Source of the DNA: Candidatus Woesearchaeota archaeon | GTDB taxonomy: Archaea > Nanobdellota > Nanobdellia > Woesearchaeales > B29-G15 | Direction: 5' to 3' | Length of the DNA: 64,000 nt | NCBI GenBank assembly: GCA_017610005.1 | Contig: JAFCCU010000002.1 | Location: 18,118-82,117 of the forward strand | In this document: positions 20,801 through 29,648 of the stretch, piece after piece | Position numbering within the stretch: position 1 is the first letter of the stretch | How the letters are laid out: each line of letters opens with the position of its first letter | The notes under the pieces: model-generated | Database searches by the model: none | The model's input: only the letters and a program-made list of their open reading frames with translations | Told to the model about the DNA's origin: nothing | Program-made: the position numbers and the translations under genes

Positions 20801-20906
20801 CAATATTTGCTTTTTTTGCCTTTTTGTAAGTATTATTATCCTTCCAAAATTTACTTATTTCCTTTTCTATCTTGTGTGGGTCAAAATTGGACATCATAAT
20901 CACCAA
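17847..20906 (-). CDS. ileS: Isoleucyl-tRNA synthetase
   Basis: 1019 aa class I aaRS. HIGH-type motif GPPYTSGHVHIGTAWNK, YDMHGLP (the IleRS WDCHGLP equivalent), KMSKSLGN, and a CP1 editing-size insertion. Length fits archaeal IleRS. Confidence 0.9.
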   Translation of the reverse strand: MVIMMSNFDPHKIEKEISKFWKDNNTYKKAKKANIGKKSFYFLDGPPYTSGHVHIGTAWNKSLKDTVLRYFRMAGRDVWDRAGYDMHGLPTARKVQAKLNLETKEDIEKYGIAKFIIECKRFALENMGFMNEEFQSLGVWMDFDNAYMPITKEYIEGEWWLIKQAEKNKRLYQAEKTMHWCKSCSTALAKHELEYHNVKEDSIFVKLQIKDKPGEYLVIWTTTPWTIPFNMGVMVHPELDYVRIEVEGEIWIVSAGLCAPFLNAVVGKPYKVIEEFKGEELEGLKYVHPQTDEIDFFKKIKNKKVHTVVLSRDYVDLSAGTGLVHMAPGCGPEDYEVGHKEGIPPFNSLQEDGVFPESMGKFSGLTAKKDDGKFIEDLESRGALIATTKVEHDYAHCWRCKDPVIFRTTKQWFFKVEDLIEDLKKENEKIKWEPAWAGQNWFDSWLTQLRDNSITRQRYWGTPLPIWQCEKCNAYDVIGTVKELEKKAGFVPKDLHKPYIDKCTWKCKCGGTMIRSPDILDVWIDAGTSSWNCLDFPATKKNFEKLFPADFILEGKDQIRGWFNLLLVSSMVAMKKPSFKACYMHGFIQDSKGRKMSKSLGNIISPQEVIKDFGADAFRFYSIGGANAGLDLNYNADDVKTKYRSLGVLWNVHNYLLGYVNFKKKGKEDLVERYILSKLNSTIKEVTELFNNYKIDKIPGKVEELFLELSRSYIQFTREKLIVDPGLVAETIGKVLVGSLKLLAPITPFASEAMWQNLRKPLNLKEESVHLCKWPKADERVIDKKLEESMGLATGFIGAILAAREKANRGIRWPVIEATIIPNKKEFTSKIKPLISLMEKHTNVKSIVTKQTFKVNYAVKANFKTLGKKYGAEVRDVEKLIAKENPAKLVGKATAGKFKLGKYELDGDDLVIEEHLPGDYQMGECHYGRVYLNTELTKELEKEGLARELMRRVQDLRKKAGLKKEDKVELDVSDKMFKNFSSQIKLKCGVSKLSFGENKFKHKGSFEIIGKKFVISLKP

Positions 20907-20929
20907 AAAACAATTGAGTATTTAATATT

Positions 20930-21075
20930 TTTCAAAAACCACCAGTGAGTTCACTTGTGGCCTGTTGAAAATAGTGGTTTTTGATGCTCAGAATTCTACC
21001 CACAAGTGGCATTTTTGAGCACACAGATTCCACTTTGACCACCCATCTGGGGTGGAATTCTGTTGTTTTAAAGAA
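20930..21075 (-). repeat. MITE-like intergenic repeat, copy A (reverse orientation)
   Basis: Shares termini TTTAAACAACAGAATTCCACCC ... CACTGGTGGTTTTTGA and internal blocks (gaattctgagcatcaaaaaccac; tgtgctcaaaaat) with copies at 27762..27932 and 54199..54485. Confidence 0.75.
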
Positions 21076-21198
21076 ATTGGCCCCTAGTTAATTCCTATAA
21101 TCATAAAATTTCCAAAGGATTTCATATTATCAAAGAATAAGAAGTATATTTTAAAGCTTTCGTAAGATTTATTAATCTGGAGCCATTATCAAGTTAAT

Positions 21199-21546
21199 AT
21201 GAAACCTCTTGCTGCAGAATCCCTAGACCAGGGGAGATATTATAATCTAATGGCCGGCGAAGATATTGTTATGGCAAAATACATTCTTGAAAGTGGGGAA
21301 TATTTACATTTTTTAAGTGTCTCTAAATTTCCTAAAAAAAGATCTGCTGTAATTGAATATAGAGTTCCCCTCAGATATGCGAAAGTAAATTGGAGAGGAA
21401 TAATAAGTGGAGGGATTGAAAAAATAACAATTGCCATGTGGTCGCCTACAACCCCATTATCTCCATCAGACTTATCTACACAAGTCTTGGAGACAGCAAA
21501 AAGAATATCTCTGCCCAAAATGCGGGCCTTGCAATCTCTAGGTTAG
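21199..21546 (+). CDS. Hypothetical small protein (115 aa); weak call
   Basis: ATG ORF in a ~900-nt intergenic region. A 92-aa antisense ORF overlaps it, so the coding status is uncertain. Confidence 0.25.
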   Translation: MKPLAAESLDQGRYYNLMAGEDIVMAKYILESGEYLHFLSVSKFPKKRSAVIEYRVPLRYAKVNWRGIISGGIEKITIAMWSPTTPLSPSDLSTQVLETAKRISLPKMRALQSLG

Positions 21547-21623
21547 AACAAGAAGTTACAAATTATTCTGATTTATCGAACACTTTATACCCTAGACTAT
21601 ATACTCTAGACTATTATTATGGG

Positions 21624-21768
21624 GTGTAAGGTTTAGGAGATAATATTTTTCACTCCAGACTCCAGACCCCAGACCCCGTACTCCAGATTGTTGTAGGGTA
21701 TAAGGTATAAGGTTTAGGAGATATTATTTTTCACTTCTGACTTTAGACTTCAAACTTCAGACTGATAG
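21624..21768. repeat. Tandem ~70-nt duplication upstream of the first surface-protein gene
   Basis: Two copies of ggtataaggtttaggagataatatttttcact-C/T-c-A/T-gact... Each ends in octamer-family units (ccagactccagacc / cttcagact). Confidence 0.7.
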
Positions 21769-21772
21769 AATA

Positions 21773-21782
21773 CTTTAAATAT
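21773..21782 (+). promoter_or_regulatory. Putative TATA box for surface-protein gene A
   Basis: ctttaaatat ~35 nt upstream of the ATG at 21814. Confidence 0.3.
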
Positions 21783-21813
21783 AAGTTAACCAGAAATAAC
21801 CCTTGTGATCACC

Positions 21814-23841
21814 ATGATAAAAAAGAGCTGGTTAATTTTCTTAGTAGCACTGCTACTTACATCAACAATAGTTACTGCAGGAGATTATTTATTTCCTGGC
21901 GCTTTTGAAGATAATTCTTTTTGGATCGTTTCAATTGAGAGAGATGATGCAATCCTCCCATGCCTTGGGATGATTGAGATTGGATCTGATGCAATTTTGG
22001 TTTCTCCAGAAGGAGAAGAACATCCTACTGAGATTATTTATGGGCCTCATTTCTTTTCTGAAACCTTTATGAATCGGTGGAGAATTGGTGCTGCAGGATT
22101 AAAATTACCTGAAGAACTATTGGGAGAAGGATGGCAACTTAAGTTAACTTGTGAAACCGAAACAGTAAATTGTGTTGACCAATTGTTTTACAGAGATGAT
22201 GATGGGGTTGAAGAAGAAAAATTACCTGGTTTTGCTTATGGTATTTATGAAGATGAACTACAAAGGGTTGATAATATTTGTGAAGATGATATTGTAACTC
22301 AAGCAGTTTGTAGTGATGACAACATAAGTGTTGAGATAGTAAATCTTGAATGCCCAGCAGGTTGCGCTGGGGCTCACTGTGCTCCTGTATTTGTATGCAT
22401 TGATTCAGATATTGATGAAGAAGATTTTACTGTTATTGCTGGTTTTGTTAATATAACAAGGTATGATGAGGAATATAATGAAACCATTTCTATTGCAGAA
22501 TCTTTAGATGTTTGCGATACTAGGGCATTAACAGAATATTATTGTGAAGATGAAACTGCAACAGAAGCAACTTCTGTTGTAATTTACTGTGATCCTGAAT
22601 GTGCTGACGAAGGATCTTGCATGACCCCAGAAGTTGTTATTGATTGGGATAATATCTCTGGATGTTGTTTAAACAAATTAACAGAGCCTTGCAGATATTA
22701 TGATTCGGCTTTAGAGTGTTGCCCAGTAGAAGGTTATGAAGATGTTGTCGATACCTTTGCGCCTCAAAATCAAGAGGAATGTTTGGCTGACTTCTTTTTC
22801 GAATCAGATAATGCTGAAGCATGTGCAGAGATGGGTCCTGAAGATGCAGAAAATTATAGACTTTGTGAAAAAGGATGCTGTTGTGAATATACGACTGCGG
22901 CTGTTGATTGTGGGCCTGAAGAGGAAACTTGTGAATCAACATTAACGGTTACTGCGGCAAATCAATTATCTAGTGTAGCATGTGCAGTAATTGAAGGCCA
23001 CAGGGCTTACTACACATTTGAAACTATTGAAACTTGTTCAATTGAGTCTTGCTCTGAAAGATTAGGAGGAATAGCTGAAAATCAACCTCCTGTATTTGAG
23101 TTATTAGAAGGTCAAATTGATGTATGCCTTGGAGATGAAGTTAAGTTTGATGTTCAGGCAATTGACGCCGATTCAGACTTTTTAATTTATTCAACTGGAG
23201 TTTTACCTGAAGGTGCAACCTTTCAACAAAAAACAATTCCTCAATATGTTGATGAAGGTTATTCAAGTGAGGGGTATGTCTTTACGTGGACTCCAAGTGA
23301 GGTAGAATCAGTTACTCTTAACTTTTCTGTAACTGATAATCTTTATGAAGTCTCACAAGGAGTTGTAATAAATATTAGTGATTGTAATCCAGTCACAATC
23401 AGCGAATGTAAACCAATGACTCCTCCAAATAATAATACAATTTGTTTGGGAGATAAATTCTCATTTTGTTTAGGGATGGGAGAAATATCAGCAGATTCAT
23501 TGCCTGAGGGAGCAACTTTTAACCAAAATTGCTTTGAATGGGAACCAACTGAAGAAGGCCAATATACTGTAACTTTCGTAAAGGAAGATTGTGAAGAACC
23601 ATTAAATCAAGAGCTGTTTGTACAAGATTGTGATAATGGTTTGGGAGAGTGGATAAAGGGTTTATTTATTGGGGCAGGCATTGCCGCAATAATTGTAGCA
23701 ATCCTTGCTTTTATTGTATGGAAAGGGGTCCTGACGATTGTTTGGTTTGGAATTTCCCTTGCAACAGCTCCTTTGCTATTTATGTCCATATTTGTAGCAA
23801 TCGGAGCAATAGTGGGCGCACTGGTCTGGGGGCTTCTCTAA
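21814..23841 (+). CDS. Cys-rich modular surface protein A: signal peptide, CxDxDGG-type Cys repeats, GCC...GCCC signature module, two He_PIG/cadherin-like domains, C-terminal double TM anchor
   Basis: ATG at 21814 (the ORF-track GTG at 21805). MIKKSWLIFLVALLLTSTIVTA signal. Signature module ~22660-23050 (GCCLNKLTEPCRYYDSALECCPVEGYE...EACAEM...GCCCEY). LPEGATF...W(T/E)P He_PIG-like motifs. C-terminal hydrophobic helices. Confidence 0.8.
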   Translation: MIKKSWLIFLVALLLTSTIVTAGDYLFPGAFEDNSFWIVSIERDDAILPCLGMIEIGSDAILVSPEGEEHPTEIIYGPHFFSETFMNRWRIGAAGLKLPEELLGEGWQLKLTCETETVNCVDQLFYRDDDGVEEEKLPGFAYGIYEDELQRVDNICEDDIVTQAVCSDDNISVEIVNLECPAGCAGAHCAPVFVCIDSDIDEEDFTVIAGFVNITRYDEEYNETISIAESLDVCDTRALTEYYCEDETATEATSVVIYCDPECADEGSCMTPEVVIDWDNISGCCLNKLTEPCRYYDSALECCPVEGYEDVVDTFAPQNQEECLADFFFESDNAEACAEMGPEDAENYRLCEKGCCCEYTTAAVDCGPEEETCESTLTVTAANQLSSVACAVIEGHRAYYTFETIETCSIESCSERLGGIAENQPPVFELLEGQIDVCLGDEVKFDVQAIDADSDFLIYSTGVLPEGATFQQKTIPQYVDEGYSSEGYVFTWTPSEVESVTLNFSVTDNLYEVSQGVVINISDCNPVTISECKPMTPPNNNTICLGDKFSFCLGMGEISADSLPEGATFNQNCFEWEPTEEGQYTVTFVKEDCEEPLNQELFVQDCDNGLGEWIKGLFIGAGIAAIIVAILAFIVWKGVLTIVWFGISLATAPLLFMSIFVAIGAIVGALVWGLL

Positions 23842-23930
23842 CTTTTTTTTAATTAACTCCTTTATGGAGACCATTTTAATACGAAATATTTAAAAGAACA
23901 AGCTAACTTTCGTATTCTTGGTGATTATTT

Positions 23931-24362
23931 ATGGCAATTGTAGGATTTGGATTCACAAAAATACTTGTTGAGAAGAAAAAACAGTTAACCTCAAAAATTA
24001 ACATTAAAAATAATATTGCAATAAAAGATATTGTAGAACATGATTTTCATGATGCAGGAAAAGATAGGCAAGGCCTAAAATTTATATTTGAGTTTATATC
24101 AAGTTATGATCCTGGAGCAGCCGAAATAAGACTTCTTGGAGAGGTTTTTTTTATTGCTGAAACAAAGAAATCTCAAGAAATATTAAACACATGGAAGAAA
24201 GACAAGAAAGTAACAAAAGAAGTTATGCCAATTGTCTTAAACTATGCTCTGTCAAGATCTAATGTTATGGCAATTTCATTATCAAAAGATGCTGGACTTC
24301 CACCTCCTTTGCCCATGCCAAGGGTAAACAATGAAAAGGCCGATAACTCTTATATTGGCTAA
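23931..24362 (+). CDS. Hypothetical cytoplasmic protein (143 aa) between surface-protein genes A and B
   Basis: ATG ORF with no signal peptide and no motif recognised. Confidence 0.4.
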   Translation: MAIVGFGFTKILVEKKKQLTSKINIKNNIAIKDIVEHDFHDAGKDRQGLKFIFEFISSYDPGAAEIRLLGEVFFIAETKKSQEILNTWKKDKKVTKEVMPIVLNYALSRSNVMAISLSKDAGLPPPLPMPRVNNEKADNSYIG

Positions 24363-24397
24363 AAGTTTATATATTTGTTATTCAATTTTTTATCTTA

Positions 24398-26581
24398 ATG
24401 ATTAGATATACTGCTTTCTTCATAGCATTTTTATTAGCAGTGTCAATTGCTTCGGCAGCTTGCACTGATACAGATAATGGTAAAACTTACTATGAACTGG
24501 GTAATTGCCAGGCCCCAAATGGATACCCTGGTGATGATGAATGCTGGGACTGGCAAATTGTTAGAGAAAAATTCTGTCAAGATGACGAATCCTGCTGGTT
24601 TTATGATCACCCCTGTAGATATGAATGTGAAGATGGGGCTTGTATTCCTAATCCTAACGAATATTTGATTCCTGTAGGATATGATGGCAAGTGGTACGGC
24701 GCAAGATATCCAAGTAAAAATGACAATATCCCACCTTGCCTTGCATCAGTTAATGAGGGAGATTCAATCAACCTTGTAACAGCAGAATGGCTGGAATTTC
24801 CTGCAAGGGTAGAAGAGGCGCCTCATTCATTTAGGGAGCATATGAATGATTTCCAGATTGTTATTACTGATAATTCAGTTTCAGAGGGACAAAGGCAAGG
24901 GTTAATATTTTCCGCAAGTTTAATTTGTGAAGATGATAGGATGCAATGTATTGATCAGGCAACAAAGGTTAATACTAATAGATACCCAGATGATGGTGAC
25001 TGGATGCCAGGCTTCGCATTTGGAAATTTTTCAGATGAAATTGTGAGAAAAAATAATTATTGTATTGATGATGAGAACTTAACAATATACACATGTGCTG
25101 ATAAATACAATATTCAAAATGTAACAGTTGTATGTGAAAATGGATGCAGTAATGGTCATTGTAAACCTAGATACTTCTGCGAGGATTTTGATGAAGGTCT
25201 TGATCTAAGAACCCCCTCATATGTGGAGATTACAATTGAGCTCGATGGAGAAGAGGATTTTGTTAGAGTATATGAAGATTATTGCAACGGGGATAAAAAA
25301 ATAACAGAGAGAACTTGCAATAGAGATGGAACCTACAAATCAAATATTGAATCATGCTCTTGTGAGGAAGAAGACTGCTGCGATGAAGGAGCATGTGTCA
25401 GTGGGGGGAGCATTAGTGATGTTCCAACAACAATAATCCCTCAAGACCCTGCAGGAACTGAAGATTCTGGATGTTGTTTAAACCCAAATAGGGAAGCATG
25501 CGCCTATTACGACCGGGCGGAAAATTGCTGCTTGGAATGGGAAGATGAATATTTAGTGGAGGGGGGCCCAGTTGATCAGGCAGATTGCCTTGCAAATTAC
25601 TTTTTTGTCTATGAGACAGATGATGCTTGTGCAGTAATGGGAGAAGCATACAATTCATTTGCAAATTATGAGATGTGTTCTTATGGGTGTTGTTGTGTCA
25701 AGGGCCCCATGGGAGATGAAGACTATGTTTATACTGCAACAATTGAAAGAGGGGCTCTTTGTATGGAAACAGATGATAAAATGTGGAGTCCTTTAGCAGA
25801 CATAATTAATTGCGATGAAGCAACTTGTAGGGGGATTATTGCAAATGGTGGGAGCATCAGTGATATTCCCACTATTGCTGACCCTATTATTGATGACCCA
25901 ATTATACCCTCCTCTACTGAACCAATCGAAGATGAAGTTTGCGCTAACGAGGAATTTAAATTATGTTTAGATACTATTGATCCCTTGGGGGGATTTTATC
26001 ACTTCCAAGCAACCTCTGTTCCTTCAGGGGTTGTATTTCATCAAGATCAAGGTTGTATTGTTTGGACTCCAATAATGGAGAATTTGGGTTGGAATATAAT
26101 GAAATTTCAAGACACTGAAAAGGGCAAGGAGGCCCAGATGGGAATAAATGTTTTGTCTTGCTGTCCTGAATTTGTTGAATTACCAAATCAAGAGTCTTGC
26201 ATTAACCAAAATTTAGAATTTTGTTTAGAGGCAGAACCCAATAATGGGAATTTAATCTTTTCAGCAACAACTTACCCTACTGGTGCTACTTTCACTCCCC
26301 TATCGGCTTGCTTTTTATGGAAACCAGAAAAAGAAGGACATTACACAGCTGATTTTTCAGTGTCCAACGGAGAATGTGGAGATCAAATGCAGGTTTCAAT
26401 TTATGCTGGCTCTTGTGGGGCAGAAATCAGCAGCGAGGATGGAGGAATTGATTGGGGACAAATGTGGGTGGGGATAGGTTTAGCGGTGTTGGGTATACTT
26501 GCAATAGCTTTAAGCTGGATTGCTTTCCCAGTATTTTTCGTTATAGAAGCAATTGCAATTGCAATTATGGTATTTTCATAA
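24398..26581 (+). CDS. Cys-rich modular surface protein B (closest paralog of A)
   Basis: Signal MIRYTAFFIAFLLAVSIASA. Signature module ~25469-25840 (GCCLNPNREACAYYDRAENCCLEWEDEY...DACAVM...GCCCVKG). Two He_PIG-like motifs (VPSGVVFHQDQGCIVWTP; YPTGATFTPLSACFLWKP). C-terminal TM. Confidence 0.8.
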   Translation: MIRYTAFFIAFLLAVSIASAACTDTDNGKTYYELGNCQAPNGYPGDDECWDWQIVREKFCQDDESCWFYDHPCRYECEDGACIPNPNEYLIPVGYDGKWYGARYPSKNDNIPPCLASVNEGDSINLVTAEWLEFPARVEEAPHSFREHMNDFQIVITDNSVSEGQRQGLIFSASLICEDDRMQCIDQATKVNTNRYPDDGDWMPGFAFGNFSDEIVRKNNYCIDDENLTIYTCADKYNIQNVTVVCENGCSNGHCKPRYFCEDFDEGLDLRTPSYVEITIELDGEEDFVRVYEDYCNGDKKITERTCNRDGTYKSNIESCSCEEEDCCDEGACVSGGSISDVPTTIIPQDPAGTEDSGCCLNPNREACAYYDRAENCCLEWEDEYLVEGGPVDQADCLANYFFVYETDDACAVMGEAYNSFANYEMCSYGCCCVKGPMGDEDYVYTATIERGALCMETDDKMWSPLADIINCDEATCRGIIANGGSISDIPTIADPIIDDPIIPSSTEPIEDEVCANEEFKLCLDTIDPLGGFYHFQATSVPSGVVFHQDQGCIVWTPIMENLGWNIMKFQDTEKGKEAQMGINVLSCCPEFVELPNQESCINQNLEFCLEAEPNNGNLIFSATTYPTGATFTPLSACFLWKPEKEGHYTADFSVSNGECGDQMQVSIYAGSCGAEISSEDGGIDWGQMWVGIGLAVLGILAIALSWIAFPVFFVIEAIAIAIMVFS

Positions 26582-26606
26582 TTTTTTAACATTAAATTTT
26601 GTAAAC

Positions 26607-27684
26607 ATGAAAAAAGTAATTCTCTTGCTAATTTTTCTTTTAAACATTTACACAGTCTCAGCAGGATGCTGCATCAATCCAAATAGCTACGCTTGTTAGA
26701 TAGTTGATACTCAATGTTGCCCAACAGATGGAGAATACTCTTCTCCTTTTGGCCCCTCTGGACCAAATGACTATAAGACTTATTGGTTTTATGATTCAAC
26801 ACATCCAGAAGCATGCGCAATAATGGGGCTTGAGTCAAGCCCAAATTACCAATTATGTGAATTTGGATGTTGCTGTGAGCTAATGCCAGAGGGGATAACG
26901 AATGGAAAGCCTATGGCCCAGGCAGCTTGCATGGATAATCATCAACGTTGGCACACTTTTGATCAAATACCAGATTGTTCACCAACAAATTGCGCAGCAA
27001 AATTTAACACAAAAGCTGTTGGAGCAACAACTACTACAATAAATTTAGAAACAGCAAGAAGGAGAACTGAGGAATCAGGAGTTGAAGCAGAAGACTTCTT
27101 TGAAAGAGTGCAAGCATGTATTGGAGAACAGTTAGTGTGGTGTCACGATTGGTATATAATTGAGGAAGGTAAAATCCTCCCAGTGGGCGCAATAAGGGTG
27201 AATGATTGCTTTCATTGGACTCCTGACCAGGAAGGAGAATATCAAATAAGTTTAGGATATACGTTTGATGTGCCAAGTTATATAGAAAGAATGTTGCCAG
27301 AACCCACTTTGAATATTTCAGTGGATTACTGTGGTGATTGCTTTCTTATTGCAGAGATTGCTGATGAAAATACTGCAGAAGGGATATGATCCCTTTTATG
27401 GTTGAAGCTGCAGATGAAGAAGGGGATTTACTCACTTACTCAGCATTAAATTTACCAGAGGGCGCAATTTTCAAAACTGATATTGGATTATTTTTTTGGC
27501 AGAGCAAGGATGCAACACCCGGCATATATGAATTAGAATTTGTTGTAACAGATGGAAAATGCACTGTTTTGAGAAAGTAACTCTTGAGATTGAAGAGTGC
27601 GGCGACACATCAATAGTATCACAGATTCTTGCTATGCTTGCTATAATTTTTGGTGGGGCAACTGTTTATACAATTGCTGCATGA
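26607..27684 (+). pseudogene. Decayed paralog C of the Cys-rich surface-protein family (in-frame TAG plus at least 2 frameshifts)
   Basis: Signal peptide and GCCINPNSYAC then TAG at 26697-26699, exactly where paralogs have the conserved Tyr (C-x-Y-x-D). The frame then continues through CCPTDGEY...EACAIM...GCCCE. Frameshifts near 27386 and ~27575. The He_PIG-like and C-terminal TM remnant (ILAMLAIIFGGATVYTIAA) are in other frames. Confidence 0.75.
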
Positions 27685-27761
27685 GTTGGTTTAATTGATG
27701 CCCCAGCCCATGTAAAACAATATGGTAAATTTCTCGCTGATACAACTGGTCTTGGAACTTT

Positions 27762-27932
27762 TTTAAACAAAAGAATTCCACCCTTCTATTGAAGGGTGGT
27801 CTAGGTGGAATTCTGTGTGCTCAAAAATTACCTATGATCGGTGGAATTCTGAGCATCAAAAACCACTCAACAGCGAGCAAGCTTTTCAACATGCCACCAA
27901 TGTATTCACTGGTGGTTTTTGACAAGCAGTTG
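27762..27932 (+). repeat. MITE-like intergenic repeat, copy B
   Basis: Same family as 20930..21075 and 54199..54485. Lies between the pseudogene and surface-protein gene D. Confidence 0.75.
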
Positions 27933-27985
27933 CAATGCATTTTAATAGAAAAATTTAAATGTTAAAACCTTAAATAATAATAACA

Positions 27986-29587
27986 ATGAAGAAATTTGTA
28001 TTTGTAGTCATTCTTTTTTTACTCTTTTTAACAGCGTGTGACAAAGATACAGATGGTGATGGAATTTCTGATACTGAAGATAATTGTATTGGTATTAGAA
28101 ACTCGGATCAAATAGATTCAGATAAAGATGGCTGGGGGGATCCATGCGATTTTAATGAAGATCTAAGTGAAACACTTTTATATTTTTCCGCAACCTGGTG
28201 TACTTATTGCCATGAACAGTTACCAATTATTCGAGAACTTGATCAAGACTTTCCAGATTTAGAAATTCAATATCTTGATTTTGATGCAAGGCAAGATTTA
28301 GTTAGGGAATATGGTATTGTGGGTGTGCCTCATTATGTATTTATAAAAGGAGATTGTTGGAAAAAAACAAGAGGTACAACAAGTTATTCAGAATTAGTTA
28401 ATTGGATGGGAAAGGGTGCTTGCGCAAGATCAGCAGCAGTCCGTAGCCAAGGAGTCAATTTGCAGTCTGAAGTCATAAGTCAGAAGTCACTCAAACCCCA
28501 AACCCCAAACCCCAAACCCCAAACCTTACCAACTGGTTGTTGTATAAATCCTAATGAAAATGCGTGTGTTTATTCTGATGATATTGATAAATGTTGCCCA
28601 GTAGATGGTTATGAAGAATCAATAGGACCGCAATCACAAGCTGAATGTAAAGAACATTGGTTCTTTCCCCACGCAACAGAAGAAGCATGCAGCGTAATGG
28701 ATCCATTAACTTATGAAAATGCACAATATTGTGAATTTGGGTGCTGTTGCGAGGCTACCCCCATAGGTATAGCTGCATTTGCCTCAGAAAAAATCAAGTG
28801 TAATGATTATTGGGGAAGTTATGAAGAATTAAATTGCACGGTAAATGATTGTTCTAAATTTATTGAAGGGGGGGCAACATTAAAGACTGCTTCTCGTGTT
28901 TCTCCAATGGCAACAATCTCAGTTACTCAAACAGAAGATGAAACTTGCGTTGATGAATTGTATATTTTTTGTACAGTAAATCCTTTAGCTACTGAGATAT
29001 CAAATTTACCTGCTGGCGCAATAATTACTAACAACTGCATTGAATTCACCCCCACTGAAGCCCGTAGTTATTCAATTACGTTTAGAGAGGGAGATTATTA
29101 TTCAGAGGTACTAAACTTAGAGGTAATAGACTGCTCTGATCCGCCAGTTTTAGGATTCTTGCGAAATCGGAATGTATACAAAAATCAGATATTTAGTATT
29201 AGGGTACGTGCTACTGGGACAGGAGATTTGACATATGTAGTAGAGGATATGCCTGATGATGCCAAATTCAATCCAAAAAAATTAAAATTTTCTTGGATTC
29301 CAAGAGAGGAGAACGTTGGCAAACAATATAATGTTAAATTTATTGTGATAGATTCAAATGGGAGAACTGATGAAAAAACAGTTGAACTTAATGTTAGAAA
29401 TTATTCTTTCATGTGGATAGCTGGTTTGTCATTGGCCCTTGCAGGTTTACTTTACTTAGGTGCATTATTTTCCGGATTGCTTGAATCTCTAACATGGTTT
29501 TCCTCTTCTGCATGGATATATGTTGCAGGGGCTTGTATTGCGATATCCTTTATTCTGGTCGCGCTTTATTTTCTTTCGGGATTATGA
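27986..29587 (+). CDS. Cys-rich modular surface protein D with thrombospondin type-3 repeats and a thioredoxin-like CxxC domain
   Basis: Lipobox-like signal (FLLFLTAC). TSP3 repeats DKDTDGDGISDTEDNC / DSDKDGWGDPCD. Trx-fold motif LLYFSATWCTYCHEQ...GVPHYVFI. Pro/Thr linker encoded by repeats. Signature module ~28535-28860 (GCCINPNENACVYSDDIDKCCPVDGYE...EACSVM...GCCCEA). He_PIG-like LPAGAIITNNCIEFTPT. C-terminal TMs. Confidence 0.8.
   Translation: MKKFVFVVILFLLFLTACDKDTDGDGISDTEDNCIGIRNSDQIDSDKDGWGDPCDFNEDLSETLLYFSATWCTYCHEQLPIIRELDQDFPDLEIQYLDFDARQDLVREYGIVGVPHYVFIKGDCWKKTRGTTSYSELVNWMGKGACARSAAVRSQGVNLQSEVISQKSLKPQTPNPKPQTLPTGCCINPNENACVYSDDIDKCCPVDGYEESIGPQSQAECKEHWFFPHATEEACSVMDPLTYENAQYCEFGCCCEATPIGIAAFASEKIKCNDYWGSYEELNCTVNDCSKFIEGGATLKTASRVSPMATISVTQTEDETCVDELYIFCTVNPLATEISNLPAGAIITNNCIEFTPTEARSYSITFREGDYYSEVLNLEVIDCSDPPVLGFLRNRNVYKNQIFSIRVRATGTGDLTYVVEDMPDDAKFNPKKLKFSWIPREENVGKQYNVKFIVIDSNGRTDEKTVELNVRNYSFMWIAGLSLALAGLLYLGALFSGLLESLTWFSSSAWIYVAGACIAISFILVALYFLSGL
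28461..28527. repeat. In-frame simple-sequence tract inside gene D: octamer-family units followed by (AAACCCC) x 4.7
   Basis: cagtctgaagtcataagtcagaagtcac then aaacccc x4 plus aaacc (28493-28525). It encodes QSEVISQKSLKPQTPNPKPQT. Confidence 0.85.
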
Positions 29588-29648
29588 GCTTAGATATACT
29601 TAAGGATTTATAAAAACCTTTTTAAGTTCTCTGATATAACCTAAACAA

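Noticed and set aside
28493-28525. Telomere-like CCCCAAA repeat
   Set aside because: It resembles ciliate telomeric units only superficially. It sits in-frame in an archaeal CDS linker and is better explained as a coding microsatellite.
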